This document shows, piece by piece, positions 37,407-48,490 of a stretch of 52,658 nt of DNA. The translations under genes were made by a program, and so were the position numbers. Source of the DNA: Nemertoderma westbladi (Eukaryota > Animalia > Xenacoelomorpha); contig JAUCBJ010006048.1 in the NCBI GenBank assembly GCA_032718475.1, forward strand, positions 1 through 52,658, written 5' to 3'. Under the pieces are notes generated by a model, which did no database searches, was not told where the DNA came from, and saw nothing but the letters and a program-made list of their open reading frames with translations. The stretch's first letter is position 1. The number at the start of each line of letters is the position of its first letter.

Positions 37407-40072
37407 CACCACATGCTGCACTGTACATATACTTCCTTTCCTATACTGTACAGGCCTACAGTACAGCTGTTACCCAAATATACATATGATAATAAATATT
37501 TCTTTATAGGCCTACTTATTTTTGAACAGTTAATATAATACGCTTTATTTACCTCACGTACCACTGATAACATTTATTTTTACCGAGCGAATGAGGTGAG
37601 CGAGGTCAATAAGACAAGAATAGAAATATAAAATATATAATAAGAAGATAATCTTGAGAAAGGTTATTTTTTGTTTATGTCAAAGTTCAATCGCATGTAT
37701 AGGATCTAAGTTCTTACCAGGATCTATGTTTACCAATCATCATAATGAGGATCTAGGTTCGCTAGGAAGGCGCAATTTTGTGTAAGCTTTGGGTGAGATA
37801 TAAAAATTATTGCTCACCACTAAGTATGAGGGAGTTGAAACTAACTCGGTTTCAATTGTCATGATGCAATCTCATTAACCTTTATCGTGGAGGTGTCCTA
37901 CCTGAATAAAGACTCTTGATATACTGTAAGGTGTATAAGGTTGAATAAAATTGGAAGACGGTTGGACTGGGACATAATGACTAAGGCTAAATATTAAAAG
38001 CTAAAAAAATCTGGCTACACTATCTTCCGAGACGTGTGTAATGGACGGATCAAATTTAATATACTTTGATTATTATTGTTATAAAATACCTGAGGTGTTC
38101 TAGAACTAGATGGTAAAGTAATTGACTGGGAGGAAAAAGGTATCTTTATATTTTTTCAAAAAACTGTTTATTCCAAACATAGACCTCATACGTCTACTAG
38201 AGTATGAGATGAAGCGTAAATCGCAAAGTTTATATAAGCCAATTTTGTCTCTAGTTAAAACAAAAATATTACATTAAAAAACCATCCGGCGGCGTCTAGA
38301 TTAAACATTTAACATTGAACAAGGTGTGAAATTAGTGATGTAAATTTGTCAACCGATCCACACTTAACGTTTCTAGATGTATTTTGAGCATTTAATAAAA
38401 CTAACAAAAACATTTCCTCTAATTAAGTAATTTACTGCACATCTTCACTGTACAGTATTAGATGTAACACATTGGCCACATAATATACAGTGTAATATAC
38501 AACAAGTCATTATATTGATTCAGATACATTAATGTGTGGTGTTGGTTTCAGTATAGGATAGACATATGGCCACGGTGGCCATATGTCTGCAAAAGTAACA
38601 ATATGGCCCAAAAGTTACTCTATGGCCACCATATTATCCCTACCGCCCACCATATGGCCACCTACCTAGGGACCAGTAGGCCATATGGTTACCTATAATA
38701 TCCATTATTATATATAAATTCTTGTCTGACTGTGGACTTGTGTGACTTTGTTGACTGGTTTCTTATCGGGAGTAGCTGGGATAGCGCAGTGGTTTCACTC
38801 TCACTACGAGATAGCACTTGAGCGAGCCACCCACAGGAAGATATCCATATTTCCTTGAACAACACTGCCAGATTTTTATTTTTCGTACAGGATTCAATGA
38901 TATGGATTCAATGGACAAGCTATTGAACCACTAACCCTACAGTACCGAAATTATAAAACCGCAGGTTACGCACAATTAAAAAGTTAACGAATTAATTCAA
39001 CCAGTCACAGTTCAGGTTTTAATTATAACTATATTAGTTATTAATAAAATAAAAATTTTATTTTACCTTCCCACTAAGTCGATGTTTCTCTACATCTCAA
39101 GTTACTTTTTTTACTCAGTTCATAAACGTGTCAAGTATAATTGCAGATATTCGAGTTACTTTTTTTACTCGGTTCATAACGGGGTCAAGTATAATTGCAG
39201 TTATTCAAGTTACTTTTTTACTCAGTTCATAAAGGTGTCAAGTATAATTGCTTTGTTTCCAGTTACTTTTACTCAGTTCATAAGGGTGTCAAGTATAATT
39301 GCTTTACTTTCAGTTACTTTTACTCAGTTCATAAAGGTATCAAGTATAATTGCAGTTATTCAAATTGCTTTTCTACTCAGTTCATAAAGGTGTCAAGTAT
39401 AATTGCTTTACTTCCAGTTACTTTTACTCAGTTCATACAGGTATCAAGTATAATTGCAGTTATTCAAATTGCTTTTCTACTCAGTTCATAAAGGTGTCAA
39501 GTAGAGTTGCAACAGAGACCTGTTTTTCTTAATCCCGGTAAACCAGAGACCTACCCAGAGAATTATTTTGAAAAATACCGGATACCAGAGCCGGAGATCA
39601 GAGACTTTGCATATCTTTGTTCTTACAGTTTGATTAGTCCCATAAAGCACAAACAGGTACATATGGACTGATAACTGTTTTTATATGGTTGAATTACAGT
39701 AAATCCAACCCATTTCAACCCTTAGTTCACACTACCGAGTCAAAGTAAAAGTCAAAAGACAAAATGTAAAACATAATCACAAGAAATATAATTTGTTCTA
39801 GAATGCCCTTATGTATTTATTATATTAGGCCTATACATAATGTATTATTATTTATTATTGCTACCTAGCTATATTTAATTTATTTTGACTTTGACTCGGT
39901 AGTGTGAACGCGGCCTTATCCATTGGAAGAAAATAAGCACACGTACAGTTTGGGGGACTTAATTAAAATTAATTTGGTTATTTGTTTATTAGTTCGTTCT
40001 TATTTTGTTATTTTTAATTAATAATATGTTACATAAATTTGTTTTGCGCCATAGGTACCGGTACTTTGTTAA

Positions 40073-42871
40073 CACTAGAACAGCCGGACGCGTCAATTGA
40101 CGAAAATCAAAATGAAAGATGCTCTATTTTTTAAACTATTTGTTTATATACCATGATTCTCCATGACTTTTATTATTTTTGGCTAATGGTTCGAATGCAG
40201 GAAAAAAAAAGTGTACAAATTTTATACAAAATTTTTAAATCATTGATTGTCTTTAACAGCCACATGCGTCAATTGACGCAATTTCGGTTTTTCCTATAAA
40301 GTTCAGAAAGAAATATAATTTGATGATAGAAAACATGACAATTATTAGTTAGATTTATTTAGACATTATATTATTTAGACAATTATTAATTCATATTACT
40401 GAATGCACTTATTGCACACAAGTGCTTGGCACTTGCCACACATTGGTAGATTACACTTTGCACACTTGGAAACAGTTTTGTTGCGTTGGCAGTTGCTCCT
40501 GATTGCACAGGTTACTCGCTTCCTTGCGGCCAAAGGCAAAGGGGAAGCAACAGCTGGCTCATATGCGGGCTCATCAATCTGGCCAGCAACATCTTTCCGT
40601 AGTTCAGATGACAGTTCCATTAGAAATCGACGACGACTCATTTGGCTACCTGTCTTCTTCCGATACAGAATCCATGCATTTACTCCTGAAATATCAAGGA
40701 TATTGAAGAATACAGCTAAGGGCCATCGTCTGCAGCCCGCCTTTGTTGACATCATCCGAGCCATGGAATCCAGTAAGTCTACTCCAAATTTGTTGTTGTT
40801 ATAGTACACAATCATCTCTGGTTTACGTTTTCCATCATCCTGCCTCCTTGAGCCATTGTGTTGGGTTGATATGATATGTACTACCTTCTTTGCTTTGGCT
40901 TGGTAACGAGTGAGATGAACTTGACCAGTTTGGAAAAAAACAGAATCATGGAGTTGAAGTTTCTGAGAAGGTGGGAGTTCGCGCCGGTTAGATCGCACAG
41001 TCCCGACTAGAGTGATACGTCGTTGCAACAAATTTTCGGCAAGACCTTTGTTGGTAAAAAAATTGTCTGTTGTCACATTATAACCCTTACCATACAAAGG
41101 CTCTGTCAGCTTCATAACAACATGGGTTCCAAGACTAGTTTCTCGAGTTTCATCCTTCCCCAGGTAGGGTAACATGTTGTAGCAGAATTTGGTTTCTACT
41201 TCTGCTAAAATCCAAAACTTTATACCAAACTTATCTGGCTTGTTCGCCATGTATTGAGTAAATTTGCACCTTGCCTTTGTAGGAAACAATTGTTCATCGA
41301 CTGTCATGGATACATCTGGAACATAGCTTTTTTGGCTATTCTCAATGAAGCGATTCAGTACCCAAGAGATCATACAAAAAGTTATCAGTTTCTAGATTTG
41401 CTTGGCGAGTAGATTTTTTATCAAAACGTAAATACTTCTTGATTTCGCGGAAACGATTACGTGGCATTGTTCTGGAAAATGCTGGACATCCCATGCTTTT
41501 TGACCACAATAAGTCTAGTGGAAAATTGCGTTGGTTCATGACACCTCTTAGATATAGTAACCCAAAAAAGGACTCCAACTCTTCCTCAGACAGCAACCAA
41601 TCTGGTAAGAATGTTTGTGCGTATTCCTTTGTACAGTCGAGAATGAAACGTATACATCCCTCATCGATCAGCAGTCTCCATGCATCTGCTGGTGTTTGGA
41701 TATTACGACAATAATTTGTCACTCCAACCCTTGCTGTATAAACATTATGTCTCTCATACCGACCAGCAGGTATTTGCCCAGCAAATTTCCATTTTGTCCC
41801 ATCTTTTCCTTCATGAACCGGAGCATCATTATCAACATCTGTCTCAGACTCACTAGATGAATCAGAATTTTCTTCATTGACTTCACCCGCTTCCGATTCA
41901 TGGTCGTCGCTTTCATCACCACTTTCATCACTCCGGATGTCCAAAAGACGTACCAAGGCTTCTTCAGCTGTATAACGCCGCGCCATAGCAATAAACTTAT
42001 ACAATATGGGTGTAATATTCAGACTTACCTACTTGGGCTATGTAAATAAAAGTATTGCAGTATTTATGATTATATATTATTATTATTTTTGATTGGTAGC
42101 ATACATCAAGCTTAGGTTATATGTTTGTATACTTACTTAGAATATTTACTACTTTATCCCTAGACCATCAGACTCTGTAAGTCAGTACAGCAGTACTGTA
42201 CATACTACTGTATGTACATACATACTATATGAATATTAGATTATAATTATTTATTTATTAGATTATTAATATTAATATTATTATATATAGCATATAATGT
42301 TTAGTAGGCATGCTGTAGTACAGGCAGAGAGGGGGGGGGGGGAGACTCTGGCTGAACACACTGCCTGACTTTACCCCCTAACAGAAATAATAAGCAAGTT
42401 TATCTATAGTACACTAGACACCACTGCCCAGTCAGTCAGTACAGCACAAAAGCAGATTGTCAAGATGTCAAGTTGCTCTAGGCCTATAGGCCTAACTAAC
42501 TACCACTATTCCTGAAACACTGCCTGATGTACTACAGTGAGCCTAACAGGGAATAATAATTATTAAAAAATAGAATAATAAACTAAGTTTATCCATAATA
42601 TACAGTGTTAGACACCACAGCGCATCAGTCAGTCAGTACAGCTCCACTACTGCACTAAGGCAGACTATCAGGTTGTCAAGAAATACCAGCAGGCCTACAC
42701 ACACAGTTATCTGGAATAGTCAGATACTGGTAGGCCCTGATACCACATTCTACCTACAATATTGACAGAGACCTGCAATGTATAAAGACAAGTATTGCTG
42801 ATACAATGTTGACTTGTGTCAATTGACGCAGTTGGCTGTTAACGTGTGTCAAAATTCCGGCTGTTCTAGTG
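40073..42871 (-). mobile_element. Full-length piggyBac transposon (2799 bp)
   Basis: TTAA TSD at 40069-40072 and 42872-42875; perfect 16-bp TIR CACTAGAACAGCCGGA; subterminal inverted repeats containing GTCAATTGAC; empty site present in three sister hAT copies. Confidence 0.96.
40396..42004 (-). pseudogene. piggyBac DDD transposase (~535 aa if joined) with one frameshift
   Basis: ORFs 41342-42004 + 40396-41373; MPRNRFREIKKYLRFD, VDEQL, KPDKFGIKFW, TDNFFT, YNNNKFGVDLLD, RRWPL, Cys-rich C-terminus; frameshift at the A5 run 41376-41380. Confidence 0.95.
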
Positions 42872-45800
42872 TTAATTAAAGGCACTTATTTTACAATTGT
42901 TCAAATCATATACATTTCATTCAATGTGCTATAAAATAAACTTAGTAAATTACGAATACAGTGCACAGGTATGGTACTCTACTCGCCCCATATACAAGCC
43001 TCGTTACGCTCTTTCTCTTCATTTGGTCGTCATATTATCTATTATAACAAGTTGAATGGAGATCAGCCCTTTCTTTCACTTTTAAACATTATGAGTGCTC
43101 AAATTAAGCACCTTTATCCTTAAATAAGAACCATCTTTAGGTGCTAATTTAACTTACAATTAAACGCACCTTAAATTAATTAAATAGAAGATTATCGGTA
43201 CATTTAGTTTGAGTCAGACTTAGAGTTAGATTAAAAACAGTGTAAAAGTGAATATATAATTTTGTTGAAGCGGAGTATTAAAATATTTAAAAATTACAGA
43301 AATTATTAATTGTAAAAAATTTGTGAAAAATAATCTTCAATTCACATTTTGTGTTGTACAGGATCTATTATTAAATAACTATTTCTAATTTGGAAAATCA
43401 CTGATCTCTGGGTAAAATGTCTGTTTTCAATACCCGGGAACCAGAGACCTATCCAGAGACCAAAATACCGCCCGGAGAATCCAGAGATCAGAGAACAGTT
43501 ACAAGTCTCTGTTTCAACTCTAGTGTCAAGTATAATTGCAGTTATTCAAGTTACTTTTTTTACTCAGTTCATAAAGGTGTCAAGTACAATTGGTATAAAA
43601 CATGTAATGCAAAATCTGACCTTTTTATTAACACCCTACCAAAACTACAATATATCCGCTGTATCTAACTTGATTCGATTTTGGTCATACATATAGATAG
43701 ACCAAGAGTATTTATTGTTGTTGTTAAGAGTTTTAGTACATCGTATCTTTGTTGTGTTTCAGTCACACTTTCATGACTTTGTGAATAAATTGGGAAGCTC
43801 TAACTTCGTCCTTAAATAGCGAGGAATTCTTTAGTCCCTTTGTAACCAACTATAATACACAGTAGCTTTTCCACGAATGGAACCTTCCAGCCTTTACCAT
43901 GCCAATTTATATATATTGTTATATATAAATTCTTGTCGGACTGTGGACTTGTGTGACTTGGTTGACTGGTTTCTTATCGGGAGTAGCTGGGATAGCGCAG
44001 TGGTTTCACTCTCACTACGAGATAGCACTTGAGCGTGCCACCCACAGGAAGATATCCATATTTCCTTGAACAACACTGCCAGATTTTTATTTTTCGTACA
44101 GGATTCAATGATATGGTTTCAATGGACAAGCTATTGAACCACTAACCCTACAGTACCGAAATTATAAAACCGCAGGTTACGCACAATTAAAAAGTTAACG
44201 AATTAAGCAACCAGTCACAGTTCAGGTTTTAATTATAACTATATTAGTTATTAATAAAATAAAAATTTTATTTTACCTTCCCACTAAGTCGATGTTTCTC
44301 TACATCTCAAGTTACTTTTTTTACTCAGTTCATAAACGTGTCAAGTATTATTGCAGTTATTCGAGTTACTTTTTTTACTCGGTTCATAAAGGGGTCAAGT
44401 ATAATTGCAGTTATTCAAGTTACTTTTTTACTCAGTTCATAAAGGTGTCAAGTATAATTGCTTTGTTTCCAGTTACTTTTACTCAGTTCATAAGGGTGTC
44501 AAGTATAATTGCTTTACTTCCAGTTACTTTTTTACTCAGTTCATAAAGGTATCAACTATAATTGCAGTTATTCAAATTGCTTTTCTACTCAGTTCATAAA
44601 GGTGTCAAGTATAATTGCTTTACTTCCAGTTACTTTTACTCAGTTCATAAAGGTATCAAGTATAATTTCAGTTATTCAAATTGCTTTTCTACTCAGTTCA
44701 TAAAGGTGTAAAGTATAATTGCTTTACTTCCAGTTACTTTTACTCAGTTCATAAAGGTATCAAGTATAATTGCAGTTATTCAAGTTACGTTTTTTACTCA
44801 GTTCATAAAGGTGTCAAGTATAATTGCAGTTATTCAAGTTACGTTTTTTACTCAGTTCATGAAGGTGTCAAGTATAATTGCAGTTATTCGAGTTACTTTT
44901 TTTACTCGGTTCATACAGGGGTCAAGTATAATTGCAGTTATTCAAGTTACTTTTTTACTCAGTTCATAAAGGTGTCAAGTATAATTGCTTTGTTTCCAGT
45001 TACTTTTACTCAGTTCATAAAAGTGTCAAGTATAATTGCTTTACTTCCAGTTATTTTTACTCAGTTCATAAAGGTGTCAAGTATAATTGCAGTTATTCAA
45101 GTTACGTTTTTTACTCTGTTCATAAAGGTGTCAAGTATAATTGCTTTGTTTCCAGTTACTTTTACTCAGTTCATAAAGGTGTCAAGTATAATTGCTTTAC
45201 TTCCAGTTACTTTTACTCAGTTCATAAAGGTATCAAGTATAATTGCAGTTATTCAAATTGCTTTTCTACTCAGTTCATAAAGGTGTCAAGTATAATTGCT
45301 TTACTTCCAGTTACTTTTACTCAGTTCATAAAGGTGTCAAGTATAATTGCAGTGTATTCCAGTTACTTTTCTACTCGGTTCATAAAGGTGTCAAGTATAA
45401 TTGCTTTACTTCCAGTTACTTTTACTCAGTTCATAAAGGTATCAAGTATAATTGCAGTTATTCAAGTTACGTTTTTTACTCAGTTCATAATGGTGTCAAG
45501 TATAATTGCAGTTATTCAAGTTACTTTTTTACTCAGTTCCTAAAGGTGTCAAGTATAATTGCAGTTATTCAAGTTACTTTTTTTACTCAGTTTATAAAGG
45601 GGTCAAGTATAATTGCAGTTATTCAAGTTACTTTTTTACTCAGTTCCTAAAGGTGTCAAGTATAATAGCAGTTATTCAAGTTACTTTTTTTACTCAGTTC
45701 ATAAAGGTATCAAGTATAATTGCAGTTATTCAAATTGCTTTTCTACTCAGTTCATAAAGGTGTCAAGTATAATTGCTTTACTTCCAGTTACTTTTACTCA

Positions 45801-47272
45801 GTTCATAAAGGTATCAAGTATAATTGCAGTTATTCGAGTTACTTTTTTTACTCGGTTCATACAGGTGTCAAGTATAATTGCAGTTATTCAAGTTACTTTT
45901 TTACTCAGTTCATAAAGGTGTCAAGTATAATTGCTTTACTTCCAGTTACTTTTACTCAGTTCATAAAGGTATCAAGTATAATTGCAGTTATTCAAATTAC
46001 TTTTCTACTCGGTTTATAAAGGTGTCAAGTATAATTGCTTTACTTCCAGTTACTTTTACTCAGTTCATAAAGGTATCAAGTATAATTGCAGTTAATCAAG
46101 TTACGTTTTTTACTCAGTTCATAATGTTGTCAAGTATAATTGCAGTTATTCAAGTTACTTTTTTACTCAGTTCCTAAAGGTGTCAAGTATAATAGCAGTT
46201 ATTCAAGTTACTTTTTTTACTCAGTTCATAAAGGGGTCAAGTATAATTGCAGTTATTCAAGTTACTTTTTTACTCAGTTCATAAAGGTGTCAAGTATAAT
46301 TAATTGCGTTGTTTCCAGTTACTTTTACTCAGTTCATAAAGGTGTCAAGTATAATTGCTTTACTTCCAGTTTCTTTTACTCAGTTCATAAAGGTATCAAG
46401 TATAATTGCAGTTATTAAAATTACTTTTATACTCAGTTCATAAAGGTGTCAAGTATAATTGCTTTACGTCCAATTACTTTTACTCAGTTCATAAAGGTAT
46501 CAAGTATAATTGCAGTTATTCAAGTTACTTGTTTTACTCAGTTCATAAAGGTGTCAAGTATAATTGCAGTTATTCAAGTTACTTTTTTACTCACTTCATA
46601 AAGGTGTCAAGTATAATTGCTTTACTTCCAGTTACTTTTACTCAGTTCGTAAAGGTGTCAAGTATATTTGCAGTTATTCAAGTTACTTTTTTTACTCAAT
46701 TCATAAAGGTGTCAAGTACAATTGGTATAAAACATGTAATGCAAAATCTGACCTTTTTATTAACACCCTACCAAAACTACAATATATCCACTGTAACTAA
46801 CTTGATTCGATTTTGGTCATACATATAGATAGACCAAGAGTATTTATTGTTGTAGTTAAGAGTTTTAGTACATCGTTCTTTTTTGTGTTTCAGTCACACT
46901 TTCATGACTTAGTGAATAAATTGGGAAGCTCCAACTTCGTCCTTAAATAGAGAGGAATTATTTAGTCCCTTTGTAACCAACTATAATATACAGTAGCTTT
47001 TCCACGAATGGAACCTTCCAGCCTTTACCATGCCAATTTATATATATTATTATATATAAATTCTTGTCTGACTGTGGACTTGTGTGACTTTGTTGACTGG
47101 TTTCTTATCAGGAGTAGCTGGGATAGCACAGTGGTTTCACTCTCACTCAGTTCATAAAGGTGTCAAGTATAATTGCTTTACTTCCAGTTACTTTTACTCA
47201 GTTCATAAAGGTATCAAGTATAATTGCAGTTATTCAAGTTACTTTTTTTACTCAGTTCATAAAGGTGTCAAG

Positions 47273-48490
47273 TAGAGTTGCAACAGAGACCTGTTTTTCT
47301 TAATCCCGGTAAACCAGAGACCTACCCAGAGAATTATTTTGAAAAATACCGGATACCAGAGCCGGAGATCAGAGACTTTGCATATTTTTGTTCTTACAGT
47401 TTGATTAGTCCCATAAAGCACAAACAGGTACATATGGACTGATAACTGTTTTTATATGGTTGAATTACAGTAAATCCAACCCATTTCAACCCTTAGTTCA
47501 CACTACCGAGTCAAAGTAAAAGTCAAAAGACAAAATGTAAAACATAATCACAAGAAATATAATTTGTTCTAGAATGCCCTTATGTATTTATTATATTAGG
47601 CCTATACATAATGTATTATTATTTATTATTGCTACCTAGCTATATTTAATTTATTTTGACTTTGACTCGGTAGTGTGAACGCGGCCTTACCCATTGGAAG
47701 AAAATAAGCACACGTACAGTTTGGGGGACTTAATTAATATTAATTTGGTTATTTGTTTATTAGTTCGTTCTTATTTTGTTATTTTTAATTAATAATATGT
47801 TACATAAATTTGTTTTGCGCCATAGGTACCGGTACTTTGTTAATTAAAGGCACTTATTTTACAATTGTTCAAATCATATACATTTCATTCAATGTGCTAT
47901 AAAATAAACTTAGTAAATTACGAATACAGTGCACAGGTATGGTACTCTACTCGCCCCATATACAAGCCTCGTTACGCTCTTTCTCTTCATTTGGTCGTCA
48001 TATTATCTATTATAACAAGTTGAATGGAGATCAGCCCTTTCTTTCACTTTTAAACATTATGAGTGCTCAAATTAAGCACCTTTATCCTTAAATAAGAACC
48101 ATCTTTAGGTGCTAATTTAACTTACAATTAAACGCACCTTAAATTAATTAAATAGAAGATTATCGGTACATTTAGTTTGAGTCAGACTTAGAGTTAGATT
48201 AAAAACAGTGTAAAAGTGAATATATAATTTTGTTGAAGCGGAGTATTAAAATATTTAAAAATTACAGAAATTATTAATTGTAAAAAATTTGTGAAAAATA
48301 ATCTTCAATTCACATTTTGTGTTGTACAGGATCTATTATTAAATAACTATTTCTAATTTGGAAAATCACTGATCTCTGGGTAAAATGTCTGTTTTCAATA
48401 CCCGGGAACCAGAGACCTATCCAGAGACCAAAATACCGCCCGGAGAATCCAGAGATCAGAGAACAGTTACAAGTCTCTGTTTCAACTCTA
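47273..48490. mobile_element. Non-autonomous hAT-type element, copy 4 (1218 bp)
   Basis: Same TIRs and TSD; carries the extra gtcaaaa also seen in copy 3. Confidence 0.9.

Larger units (their letters stand above)
22581..38704. mobile_element. ~16.1-kb insertion carrying a tyrosine recombinase ORF and tandem arrays (candidate YR-mobilised element)
   Basis: Splits the spacer at caatttatatat|attattatatataaattc, which is intact in seven other copies; gapped inverted ends at 22584-22606 and 38679-38701. Confidence 0.75.
39502..43522. mobile_element. Non-autonomous hAT-type element, copy 3, interrupted by piggyBac
   Basis: TIRs and GTGTCAAG TSD at both ends; sequence resumes exactly after 42875. 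Confidence 0.9.

Noticed and set aside
22581-38704. Helitron, Polinton or DIRS identity for the large insert
   Set aside because: No TC...CTRR ends or RepHel, no PolB/integrase or long TIRs, no RT/RNaseH; a non-autonomous derivative of another class cannot be fully excluded
40403-41860. Plus-strand ORFs overlapping the piggyBac transposase (likewise 28649-28897 over the LINE)
   Set aside because: Antisense shadow ORFs
40073-42871. CACTA/EnSpm element, because the TIR starts with CACTA
   Set aside because: TTAA TSD and a clear piggyBac transposase
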